Part shown: positions 22,047 to 30,052 of the stretch, piece by piece
How the letters are laid out: every line of letters starts with the position of its first letter
Position numbering within the stretch: position 1 is the first letter of the stretch
Origin: an uncultured Oscillospiraceae bacterium
GTDB lineage: Bacteria; Bacillota; Clostridia; UMGS1883
Direction: 5' to 3'
DNA length: 47,570 nt
NCBI GenBank assembly: GCA_964442035.1
Contig: CAYTWZ010000003.1
Location: 1 to 47,570 of the forward strand
Made by a program: the position numbers and the translations under genes
Notes under the pieces: generated by a model
What the model was told of the DNA's origin: nothing
The model's database searches: none
What the model saw: the letters and a program-made list of their open reading frames with translations, nothing else

Positions 22047-22340
22047 ACATGTGCCTCCTAAAAATAATATAATATTTGTGACTCATGCGACACCTGTACA
22101 TGACGCCGGGTGTTTCACCCTTTGCCATATGAAAACCCGAAGCCTATGCTGCTCCGGGTACTACATGAAGATGGGCGTCAGGAGCGCAGACCGCTCCTTT
22201 ATCGAATCTTTTCGACAAACGCAAAGCTTTATCATGTTGTACAGTGACTGCCGCCCGGCTTCATGAGCCGGACATTCTCCACGGAAAAACCCGGCCTGTT
22301 GCCGGCAACCTCCCGCTTCATCGTATGTCATGTCACAGCT
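22047..22340 (-). promoter_or_regulatory. Long structured 5' leader of the S10 operon (candidate ribosomal-protein autoregulatory leader or attenuator)
   Basis: About 290 nt lie between the predicted -10 and the rpsJ ATG, with no minus-strand ORF. Hairpins include CCGGCT-CATGA-AGCCGG, GGAGCG-GTCTG-CGCTCC, GGGTG-AAA-CACCC, CCCGGAGC/GCTTCGGG and the long-range pair TGACGCC/GGCGTCA. An early CCGGC-AACAG-GCCGG hairpin followed by GTTTTT lies at 22285-22306. Confidence 0.5.
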
Positions 22341-22345
22341 TTTAC

Positions 22346-22374
22346 ATTATACCTCACCCATTAAAATATTTCAA
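22346..22374 (-). promoter_or_regulatory. Promoter of the S10-spc-alpha super-operon
   Basis: The minus strand reads TTGAAA, a 17-nt spacer, then TATAAT, with an AT-rich UP-like tract upstream. Confidence 0.6.
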
Positions 22375-22414
22375 GCTGTTTTTTATAAAAATTTACAATT
22401 TTTTAATTTTCGTT

Positions 22415-22454
22415 AAAACCTCACAAAAACCGGAACTGATTTTTGTGAGGTTTT
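22415..22454 (-). terminator. Intrinsic terminator after thiC
   Basis: 15-bp stem AAAACCTCACAAAAA/TTTTTGTGAGGTTTT with a 10-nt loop, starting 17 nt after the thiC stop. Confidence 0.65.
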
Positions 22455-22470
22455 GGCGAATAATACTATC

Positions 22471-23781
22471 TTAAAGAATGTCAATGTACTCCCCGGCCAA
22501 TGCCTTATTCATACTGCGCACAGCGCAGAACTTTCCGCACATGCTGCAGGTGTCGCTGTGGTCATCCTCCGGCTTGCGGCTGTCGCGGATCGCCCTTGCC
22601 GTCTCAGGGTCAAGAGCGCATTCAAACTGGGCGTCCCAGTCAAGCCTTTGCCTCGCATCGGCCATTTTGTCGTCAATATCCCTCGCACCCGGGATTCCCT
22701 TGGCAATGTCCGCCGCGTGGGCCGCGATCTTTGAGGCGATTATGCCCTGCTTCACATCGTCCACATTTGGAAGGGCGAGATGCTCCGCCGGTGTGACATA
22801 GCATAGAAAAGCCGCTCCGTTCATGGCGGCTACCGCCCCGCCTATGGCCGAGGTGATGTGATCATACCCTGGAGCTATGTCTGTAACGATGGGGCCTAAC
22901 ACATAAAACGGCGCGCCCATACATATGCTCTGCTGCACCTTCATATTGGCGGCAACCTGATCAAGAGGCACATGTCCGGGACCTTCCACCATTACCTGAA
23001 CATTGTGAGCCCAAGCCCGCTTTGTCAGCTCCCCAAGGCGCACAAGCTCCTCGATCTGGCATACGTCCGTGGAATCCGCAAGGCATCCCGGGCGGCACGC
23101 GTCACCGAGAGAGATCGTCACATCATGCTCCTCGCAGATGTCAAGTATCTCATCAAAATATTCGTAAAACGGGTTTTCCTCGCCGGTCATGCTCATCCAC
23201 GCAAACACAAGGCTTCCTCCGCGACTGACAATGTTCATCTTCCGCTTGTGCTTGCGTATCTGCTCGATGGTCTTTCTTGTAATACCGCAGTGGAGCGTTA
23301 CAAAGTCCACGCCGTCCTCAGCGTGGAGACGTACCACATCGATAAAGTCCTTGGCAGTAAGCGTGGCAAGATCCCGCTGATAGTGGATAACACTGTCATA
23401 CACGGGCACTGTACCGATCATCGCCGGGCATTCGCTTGTGAGCTTTCTGCGGAAGGGCTGGGTGTCGCCGTGGCTGGACAGATCCATTATGGCCTCGGCT
23501 CCAAGATTTACCGCGCTCATGACCTTCTGCATCTCAATGTTGTAATCCTTACAGTCCCTGGATACACCAAGGTTGACGTTGATCTTTGTGCGGAGCATGC
23601 TGCCCACGCCTTCTGGCTCAAGGCAGGTATGACGCTTGTTTGCGCATATTGCCACCTTTCCCTCCGCAACAAGCTTCATAAGCTTGTCCACAGGCATATT
23701 TTCCTTTTTAGCTACGGCCTCGATCTGCGGTGTAACAATGCCGCGCCGCGCCGCGTCCATTTGCGTCGTGTATCTTTCCAT
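22471..23781 (-). CDS. thiC: Phosphomethylpyrimidine synthase ThiC
   Basis: About 436 aa with the C-terminal radical-SAM cluster motif CSMCGKFCA and a TPP riboswitch upstream. The start is the ATG at 23781 (GGAGG 8 nt upstream) or at 23787. Confidence 0.93.
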   Translation of the reverse strand: MERYTTQMDAARRGIVTPQIEAVAKKENMPVDKLMKLVAEGKVAICANKRHTCLEPEGVGSMLRTKINVNLGVSRDCKDYNIEMQKVMSAVNLGAEAIMDLSSHGDTQPFRRKLTSECPAMIGTVPVYDSVIHYQRDLATLTAKDFIDVVRLHAEDGVDFVTLHCGITRKTIEQIRKHKRKMNIVSRGGSLVFAWMSMTGEENPFYEYFDEILDICEEHDVTISLGDACRPGCLADSTDVCQIEELVRLGELTKRAWAHNVQVMVEGPGHVPLDQVAANMKVQQSICMGAPFYVLGPIVTDIAPGYDHITSAIGGAVAAMNGAAFLCYVTPAEHLALPNVDDVKQGIIASKIAAHAADIAKGIPGARDIDDKMADARQRLDWDAQFECALDPETARAIRDSRKPEDDHSDTCSMCGKFCAVRSMNKALAGEYIDIL

Positions 23782-23823
23782 ATACATATCCTCCGTTAAT
23801 TTAAATTGTGTCCACTCTCTGGC

Positions 23824-23985
23824 AAAAAACAGGAGATACCCTGATGCGGATATCTCCGGAAAAAATCAAATCTGACTTCCTACGGCGGCATTATCCGCGT
23901 CAGGTAAAAGGGTCGAAGCTATTGGCGATGCACATACGGCATGCTTTGATCGCTTCCTCTCAGCCTGCAACACAAGCTCCCCCGT
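23824..23985 (-). promoter_or_regulatory. TPP (THI-box) riboswitch with terminator expression platform
   Basis: The minus strand reads GGGGAGC...GGCTGAGAGG...ACCCTTTTACCTGACGCGGATAATGCCGCCGTAGGAAG, which matches the conserved CUGAGA and ACCUGA...GGAUAAUGCC...GGGAA cores. The terminator GGAGATA-N13-TATCTCC plus TGTTTTTT follows at 23824-23858. Confidence 0.9.
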
Positions 23986-23992
23986 TTTTTTC

Positions 23993-24021
23993 ATTTTATC
24001 ACATTTTTTTGCCGTTGTCAA
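23993..24021 (-). promoter_or_regulatory. thiC promoter
   Basis: The minus strand reads TTGACA, a 17-nt spacer, then TAAAAT, just upstream of the riboswitch. Confidence 0.6.
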
Positions 24022-24054
24022 TACACATGCGACCTTAATTTGCCGGGACGCTAT

Positions 24055-24080
24055 CCTCAAAAAACGGCTAAAGCCGTTTT
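24055..24080 (-). terminator. Intrinsic terminator after pyrE
   Basis: AAAACGGC-TTTA-GCCGTTTT hairpin followed by a T-run on the minus strand, 6 nt after the stop. Confidence 0.7.
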
Positions 24081-24085
24081 GCGGG

Positions 24086-24724
24086 TCATTCGGGCTGCTT
24101 TATCCAGCTTTCGTCAGAGGGGTCGTCCCTGAACTTCAATATTCTTGCGCAGTCCTCAGGCTTGATATAGCCTTCCTCCGCCGCTGCCTCTACCAGCGCG
24201 TCAAGGTTTGAAAGACTTACGTTTTTAACATCCGCCGCAGCCAGACGCTGTACGCCCTTTTTCATACCGTAGGTAAAGATGCTGGCAATGCCAAGCACCT
24301 CTGCTCCTGCTTCACGAAGCACGTTTACCACCTCAAGAACACTGCCGCCGGTGGAAATAAGATCCTCCACCACAACGACCTTCTGACCCTTTTCGAGCTT
24401 GCCCTCGATCTGATTGGCCCGTCCATGATCCTTGGCTCCGCTGCGAACATAGCCCATTGGCATGTTCATAAGATGAGCAGTGATGGCCGCGTGGGCTATA
24501 CCGGCGGTAGAGGTTCCCATAAGGACCTCCGCGTCGGGGTAATTCTGTTCAATTACCGCCTTAAGTCCCTCTTCCACCTGAGTCCGTACCTCAGGGGCAG
24601 TAAGAGTGAGGCGGTTGTCGCAGTAGATAGGGCTCTTGATGCCGCTGGCCCAGGTAAAGGGCTGCTCAGGGCGCAGAAATACAGCGCCGATGGAAAGCAG
24701 AGCCTTTGCTATTTTCTTATCCAT
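24086..24724 (-). CDS. pyrE: Orotate phosphoribosyltransferase
   Basis: 212 aa with PRPP-binding motif VVVVEDLISTGGS and an N-terminus FTWASGIKSPIYCDNR typical of Firmicutes PyrE. Confidence 0.92.
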   Translation of the reverse strand: MDKKIAKALLSIGAVFLRPEQPFTWASGIKSPIYCDNRLTLTAPEVRTQVEEGLKAVIEQNYPDAEVLMGTSTAGIAHAAITAHLMNMPMGYVRSGAKDHGRANQIEGKLEKGQKVVVVEDLISTGGSVLEVVNVLREAGAEVLGIASIFTYGMKKGVQRLAAADVKNVSLSNLDALVEAAAEEGYIKPEDCARILKFRDDPSDESWIKQPE

Positions 24725-24741
24725 GATCTTACTTCCTTTCT

Positions 24742-25125
24742 TTAATCGGTTTCCCGCCGGGAATATTCCCGGCCGTCAAGGGTCAGGAGACCGCCGTCAA
24801 GGGCTATATCCTCTTCCCTGTTTTCGGTGTGTATAAGGCGTTCAAACTTTATATCACCGTATTCGTCCAGTGTGTATTTGTCCCGAAGCCTGAATTTTAT
24901 CTTGCCGGGTTCCAGCTCATATTTTCCGTTTTCCGACGAAAGCTCCCCAGCGGCGAAATCACTGTATTTGATCTCGTATGTGCCGTCCTCGTTAAAATAC
25001 AGCTCCGCATCCTGTGAACTCCAAGCTCCCGCAAGGTCGGCGGCGTTTATGGCGGGCTCATCATCTCCGCACGCGGTCAGCGCTAACGCGCACAGCGCTG
25101 CGGCAAACAGCTTAACTAACCTCAT
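24742..25125 (-). CDS. Hypothetical lipoprotein
   Basis: Signal peptide with lipobox (ALALTAC-GDD). 127 aa. ATGA overlap with the upstream GNAT gene. Confidence 0.65.
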   Translation of the reverse strand: MRLVKLFAAALCALALTACGDDEPAINAADLAGAWSSQDAELYFNEDGTYEIKYSDFAAGELSSENGKYELEPGKIKFRLRDKYTLDEYGDIKFERLIHTENREEDIALDGGLLTLDGREYSRRETD

Positions 25126-25607
25126 GGCTCGTACTCCTTTACCATTTCTGCCCGAAGATAACCCCGGTCCGTATCAATAGACCGGACGTAAAAGCCCCGG
25201 GAGTAGTAAAACCGCATGATCTCAGCGACCTTGCTGGCAGTGTGCAGCCGCACCTCTCTGACGCCCATCCGCCTGACCGCAATATCCGCGGCATTGGCAA
25301 TTGCCTTGCCGATGCCGTTGTTTCGGTAGGTTCGGCTTACGCCGAAGCGACTCAGATAGGCGGTCTTGGTTTCGATATCAATATCCAGCCGCAGGCTGCC
25401 CACCACTATGCCGTCCATGTATGCGACAATGACGGTTTTGCGGTCAATATCGCGCCGCACATCCTCAACTGTCTCATGGAGGGCTTCAATATCACTTATC
25501 TCCGCCATGGCACAGTACTTGCCGAATGCTTCTCGAGTGATCTCTTGTATGGCACGGGCATCCTCACGGGTGGCCAGCCGTATCTCAAAAAAGCCATGCT
25601 CATTCAT
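25122..25607 (-). CDS. GNAT family N-acetyltransferase
   Basis: 161 aa with acetyl-CoA motif RNNGIGKAI. Located 4 nt downstream of the argF stop. Confidence 0.8.
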   Translation of the reverse strand: MNEHGFFEIRLATREDARAIQEITREAFGKYCAMAEISDIEALHETVEDVRRDIDRKTVIVAYMDGIVVGSLRLDIDIETKTAYLSRFGVSRTYRNNGIGKAIANAADIAVRRMGVREVRLHTASKVAEIMRFYYSRGFYVRSIDTDRGYLRAEMVKEYEP

Positions 25608-25611
25608 AGGC

Positions 25612-26538
25612 TCAGTCTTTCATAAGCAGGGCCATGACCGCCTTCTGTGCGTGAAGCCGGTTTTCCGCCTCGTCAAAAACAACGCTGTGGGGTCCGTCAA
25701 TGATCTCCTCCGTCACCTCGTTGCCTCTGTAGGCGGGCAGGCAGTGGAGGAATATGGCGTTTTCGTCAGCGTGGGAGAACAGCTCGCCGTTCACCTGATA
25801 GCCCTGAAATTCCTTGATGCGCTGGGCTTTTTCGGCCTCCTGACCCATGGAGCACCAGGTGTCCGTGCAGACAACGTCCGCTCCGCTGACCGCTTCAACA
25901 GGGTCATTTGTAATAATGACCTTAACACCAGTAGCCCTGGCGTCATTTTTAGCGTTTTCAACTACCTGAGCGTCGCACTCATAGCCCTTGGGCGTAGCGA
26001 TGGCCACATCAAGGCCAAGCTTGGCACAGCCGTAAAGATAGGAATGCGCCATATTGTTTCCGTCGCCGATATATGCCAGCTTGAGTCCCTGAAGGCGGCC
26101 CTTTTTCTCGGCTACGGTCTGCATATCCGCCAGCACCTGGCAGGGATGCACAAGGTCTGTCAGTCCGTTGATGACCGGAACACTGCCGTACCTTGCCATA
26201 TCCTCTACGTCCGACTGCTTGAAGGTACGTATCATTATACCGTCAACGTAGCGGCTCATTACATTGGCTGTGTCATAAATGCTTTCCCCCCTGCCAAGCT
26301 GGATATCGTTGGCGGAGAGGAATATTCCCTGTCCGCCCAATTGGTAAATACCTGTCTGGAAAGAGACACGGGTGCGGGTAGAGGACTTGGAAAAGATCAT
26401 GCCAAGGGTCTTGCCGGCCAGAATATGATGCTTGATTCCGGCCTTAAGCTCCTTTTTAAGTTTGTCAGCCAGAGTAAGGGTTTCCATAATATCGTCGGTA
26501 CTCCAGTCGTGGAGCGTCAGTAAATGTTTTTGATTCAT
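25612..26538 (-). CDS. argF: Ornithine carbamoyltransferase
   Basis: 308 aa with the STRTRVSF carbamoyl-phosphate motif, HPCQ and HCLP motifs. Confidence 0.93.
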   Translation of the reverse strand: MNQKHLLTLHDWSTDDIMETLTLADKLKKELKAGIKHHILAGKTLGMIFSKSSTRTRVSFQTGIYQLGGQGIFLSANDIQLGRGESIYDTANVMSRYVDGIMIRTFKQSDVEDMARYGSVPVINGLTDLVHPCQVLADMQTVAEKKGRLQGLKLAYIGDGNNMAHSYLYGCAKLGLDVAIATPKGYECDAQVVENAKNDARATGVKVIITNDPVEAVSGADVVCTDTWCSMGQEAEKAQRIKEFQGYQVNGELFSHADENAIFLHCLPAYRGNEVTEEIIDGPHSVVFDEAENRLHAQKAVMALLMKD

Positions 26539-27716
26539 GCCAATGCAACCTCCAGTTTTGATATAAATTCATCTATATGCGCCTTTGTTATTATAAGGGG
26601 CGGAAGTATTCGAAGGGTGTGTCCTCCGCAGCTGCCCGCAAGCACATGGTTCTCAAACAGCTTTTCCTGTACCTGAGCGGCTCTGCCCTGAGGCATCTGA
26701 AGCCCTATCATCAGACCTCGACGGCGTATTTCCAGTATATCAGGGGAATTGAGGGCGCGAACCCTTTCCTCAAAATATTCGCCCATATCATACGCGTTTT
26801 CGCAGATATGCTCTTTTTCAAACGCGTCAAACACCGCCATACCAGCCGCTGTAGCAAGGGGATTGCCGCCAAAAGTGCCGCCGTGGTCGCCGGGCTCGAA
26901 GCCCTTGGCCGCAAACTCCCGGGCGCACACAGCCCCGATGGGGATACCGTTGCCCAAGGCCTTGGCCAAGGTAAAGACGTCCGGCTCAACAGGTGTTGTC
27001 TGATATGCAAACATTTTGCCGGTACGACCCATACCGGTCTGAACCTCGTCAAATATCAGTATTATGTCCTTCTCGTCGCACAGTCTGCGCACCTTGATCA
27101 GGTATTCGTCGTCACAGATATGCACCCCGCTTTCGCCCTGTATGACCTCCAGCATAATGGCACAGGTCTTATCGGTAACGGCTACTTCAAGGGCGTCAAA
27201 GTCGTTTATCTCAACGTGCTTGATACCGGGAACAAGCGGATGGTACGGCTTTTGATACTTGGGCTGACCGGTTGCCGCCACCGTCGCCAGAGTACGGCCA
27301 TGAAAGGAATTGTTGAGAGTGATTATCTCGTACTTGTCCTTGCCTTGCTTATAGTAATAGATCTTGGCCAGCTTCATGGCGGCCTCGTTGGCTTCCGCGC
27401 CGCTGTTGCCAAAGTATACCCTGTCGGCTACGGAGCAGTCGCAAATTCGCTTGGCCAGCAGCGCCTGATTTTTTATGTAGTAAAGGCTTGAGGTGTGGAG
27501 AAGCTTACCCGCCTGCTCTATCACCGCCTTTGTAAAAGCCTCGTGACAGTGTCCCAACGCCGTAACGGCGATTCCCGCGAACATGTCCAGATATTTTTCC
27601 CCTTCCTCGGTATAAAGGTACATGCCTTTGCCGTGGTCAAACGCCACCGGAAGGCGCTTGCCGAAAGTATTCATGTAATATTTTTCATCAATAGCGGATA
27701 TTTGCTGCCAATCCAT
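26535..27716 (-). CDS. argD: Acetylornithine aminotransferase (class III PLP aminotransferase)
   Basis: 393 aa, contains FDEVQTGMGRTGK and GNSGAEANEAA. ATGA overlap with argF. Confidence 0.88.
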   Translation of the reverse strand: MDWQQISAIDEKYYMNTFGKRLPVAFDHGKGMYLYTEEGEKYLDMFAGIAVTALGHCHEAFTKAVIEQAGKLLHTSSLYYIKNQALLAKRICDCSVADRVYFGNSGAEANEAAMKLAKIYYYKQGKDKYEIITLNNSFHGRTLATVAATGQPKYQKPYHPLVPGIKHVEINDFDALEVAVTDKTCAIMLEVIQGESGVHICDDEYLIKVRRLCDEKDIILIFDEVQTGMGRTGKMFAYQTTPVEPDVFTLAKALGNGIPIGAVCAREFAAKGFEPGDHGGTFGGNPLATAAGMAVFDAFEKEHICENAYDMGEYFEERVRALNSPDILEIRRRGLMIGLQMPQGRAAQVQEKLFENHVLAGSCGGHTLRILPPLIITKAHIDEFISKLEVALA

Positions 27717-27738
27717 GTAATATCACCTCTGTAAGAAT

Positions 27739-27780
27739 AATGCATGTATTATTATACATTATTTTGCAAGAATATGCAAT
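27739..27780. promoter_or_regulatory. Putative ArgR operator (two ARG-box-like AT-rich palindromes)
   Basis: TGCATGTATTATTATACA and TTGCAAGAATATGCAA (perfect TTGCA/TGCAA arms) lie between the putative promoter (TTGACG-17-TATTTA) and the argD RBS. Confidence 0.4.
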
Positions 27781-27863
27781 ACCTTTTTTAAATAAATTAT
27801 TTTTTTTGCCGCGTCAATGTGAAGACATAGCTTACTATTTCATGTCATCGCGTCAAAAAGCAT

Positions 27864-27904
27864 TAAAATAAAACAGGCCGCCGCAACAGCTATGCAGCAG
27901 CCTG
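27864..27904 (-). terminator. Intrinsic terminator after ftsZ
   Basis: The minus strand has CAGGCTGC...GCGGCCTG (8 bp including one G-U) followed by TTTTATTTTA. Confidence 0.55.
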
Positions 27905-27926
27905 GTATGTATTCAGTTCACTCCAC

Positions 27927-28991
27927 TTAGTTCATTCCGCGAAGGAAGCTTGGGATATCGGGGACATCATCGCCCAGATCAAATTTCCTTTTGGCGGCTC
28001 CGCCTGTAAAGAAATCGTCCTTTTTGTTTTCCTTGGCCTGTTCAAGACCGGTAGCGATAACAGTGATACGAACCTCTTCATCCAAATCGGGATCGATGGC
28101 CGCGCCAAATATGATATTGGCGTCATCGTCAACGCTTTGTCGGATAAAGGTAGCGGCCTGATTTACCTCATTGATGGACATGTTGTATCCGCCAACAAAA
28201 TTGATAAGTATGCCGGTGGCTCCTTCAATAGAGGTTTCCAGCAGAGCGCTGCGAATAGCCTCCTGAGCAGCCTTTTCGCTGCGGTTCTCACCGCTGGCAA
28301 CGCCAATGCCCATATGCGCAAGGCCAGCGTCCTTCATAACAGAGGTAACGTCGGCAAAGTCAACATTGATAAGTCCGGCCTGAGTGATAAGATCAGCTAT
28401 GCCCTGAACGCCGTGACGGAGGATCTCGTCCGCGTTCATGAAAGCCTCCTGCAATGTGGTCTTGGCATTGCTTATGTCAAGGAGCTTGTCATTGGGGATA
28501 ACGATAAGCGTATCAACGTTGCTCCTGAGCTGCTCAATACCCTCTTCGGCCTGAACCATACGGCGGCGTCCCTCAAAGGAAAAGGGCTTGGTAACAATAG
28601 CAACGGTGAGGATGTCAAGCTCTTTTGCCGCTGCGGCAACAATGGGAGCCGCGCCGGTACCCGTACCTCCGCCCATACCGGCGGTTACAAACACCATGTC
28701 GGCGTCCTTGATAAGCTGAACGATCTCATTCTTGGACTCTTCGGCTGCCTTGCGGCCGATCTCGGCCTTACCGCCGGCGCCCTGACCCTTTGTGACTTTT
28801 TCGCCGATCTGCAGCTTGTGAGTGGCCTGACTGTGGGACAAGGCCTGCTTGTCCGTGTTTATGGAAACAAATTCCACATCATGTATTTCGGCCTCGACCA
28901 TTCGGTTGACCGCATTGTTTCCGCCGCCGCCTACACCGATAACCATAATTTTTTGAGCCGTGCCCAATTCTTCCGCATACTCCATTCTCAT
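27927..28991 (-). CDS. ftsZ: Cell division protein FtsZ
   Basis: 354 aa, contains [10 protein letters not shown] and the tubulin signature [10 protein letters not shown]. Confidence 0.96.
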   Translation of the reverse strand: MRMEYAEELGTAQKIMVIGVGGGGNNAVNRMVEAEIHDVEFVSINTDKQALSHSQATHKLQIGEKVTKGQGAGGKAEIGRKAAEESKNEIVQLIKDADMVFVTAGMGGGTGTGAAPIVAAAAKELDILTVAIVTKPFSFEGRRRMVQAEEGIEQLRSNVDTLIVIPNDKLLDISNAKTTLQEAFMNADEILRHGVQGIADLITQAGLINVDFADVTSVMKDAGLAHMGIGVASGENRSEKAAQEAIRSALLETSIEGATGILINFVGGYNMSINEVNQAATFIRQSVDDDANIIFGAAIDPDLDEEVRITVIATGLEQAKENKKDDFFTGGAAKRKFDLGDDVPDIPSFLRGMN

Positions 28992-29052
28992 ATGAATGTC
29001 CTCCTCGACGTATATTATTAATTCTCAGTCTCTCATATTCTCAGTTATAATC

Positions 29053-29081
29053 ATTATACTATAAAAGTGTAATTTATTCAA
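29053..29081 (-). promoter_or_regulatory. Dedicated ftsZ promoter
   Basis: The minus strand reads TTGAAT, a 17-nt spacer, then TATAAT, in the 119-nt AT-rich ftsQ-ftsZ gap. Confidence 0.55.
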
Positions 29082-29110
29082 TAGCAAATTATTAAATTTC
29101 TTAAAATTTT

Positions 29111-30046
29111 TCAATCCTTTTTTGGGCGATATACACCGCGGCCGGTATTTATGTCAAGTGTGCCTGATGGATCATTGCCAAGCTCGGCCTTGCCCTCGTC
29201 CGATGTGAGTATTTGCTTGAAAAGTCTGATCTTATATTCCAGATCGCTCGTATCTCCAAGGCGCACGGTAAGGCTTCCCTTCCATACAAATTTAATGTTG
29301 TCATAGACGGACATATCGATCATGGTTATTTCCTCGCCGATCTCATCATTGATCAGCTCTTCCATAAGCCTCTGCAGGTTTTCCGCCTTTTTCTCGTCAC
29401 TGAATTCGATCCTGCCCTTGAGCTTGTATTCCATATCGCCCATGCCGGTAATAACGGGAACTGATGGGAGATTTACGCTTTGGGTCTCACTGCCGGTCTG
29501 TACGCTGTCCGCCGACGCGCCGTCCGCAGATTCATCGCTGTCCTGCGTGCCGCTGTCCTGCGCGTCACTGTCCTGTGTGCCGCCGGTATCACCGTCTGTA
29601 TTTTCAGCCGGCTCATCCTCACCTTCGTCCGAAGGGGTCGCCGCCGGGACGGCGGCGGACTTGCGTACATCCACCACCATTCCGCTTGAGGATACGCCCA
29701 CATATTCGCCGTTGTTTTCAATATAGGCTACGACCACCCCCTCCGTCACGGTTATACGCACCGTGGACGGGAGGGCGCGCTTGATCTTTACGCTTTCGAC
29801 CGCCTGCATATTGGACACGCGGCTTTCCGCCTCCCTCAGGCTAACGCTGAATATATTCACGTTCTTAACAATGCCGCTGACCCTGATGACGTCCTCTGAC
29901 GAGGTAGTATTGTTCCCTGTAACAATAATGTTTTTTATGTTGAATACAGGCGTCAGCAACAGCGCCAGACAGCCCGCCGCTATCAGGCAGAGAACCGCTA
30001 TTCCCATAGATATATGTTTGTTTTTCCTACGCCGCCGTTTTCTCAC
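29111..30046 (-). CDS. ftsQ: Cell division protein FtsQ/DivIB (POTRA domain) with an internal acidic low-complexity insert
   Basis: Basic N-terminus, one transmembrane helix, and POTRA (FNIKNIIVTGNNTTSSEDV). The insert is PSDEGEDEPAENTDGDTGGTQDSDAQDSGTQDSDESADGASADS. GTG start with GAAGGA upstream. Confidence 0.8.
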   Translation of the reverse strand: MRKRRRRKNKHISMGIAVLCLIAAGCLALLLTPVFNIKNIIVTGNNTTSSEDVIRVSGIVKNVNIFSVSLREAESRVSNMQAVESVKIKRALPSTVRITVTEGVVVAYIENNGEYVGVSSSGMVVDVRKSAAVPAATPSDEGEDEPAENTDGDTGGTQDSDAQDSGTQDSDESADGASADSVQTGSETQSVNLPSVPVITGMGDMEYKLKGRIEFSDEKKAENLQRLMEELINDEIGEEITMIDMSVYDNIKFVWKGSLTVRLGDTSDLEYKIRLFKQILTSDEGKAELGNDPSGTLDINTGRGVYRPKKD

Positions 30047-30052
30047 AGCTAT

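Noticed and set aside
25366-26523. 385-aa plus-strand ORF antisense to argF and the GNAT gene
   Set aside because: This is a shadow ORF of a clearly identified argF. It has no Shine-Dalgarno sequence and no recognisable motifs.
28137-29021. 294-aa plus-strand ORF antisense to ftsZ
   Set aside because: It is a mirror-frame artefact of the Gly/Ala-rich ftsZ coding sequence.
29464-29784. Arg/Pro-rich ORFs on both strands within ftsQ (29464-29784 on plus, 29473-29721 on minus)
   Set aside because: They are alternative-frame readings of the GC-rich tandem repeat that encodes the acidic FtsQ linker.
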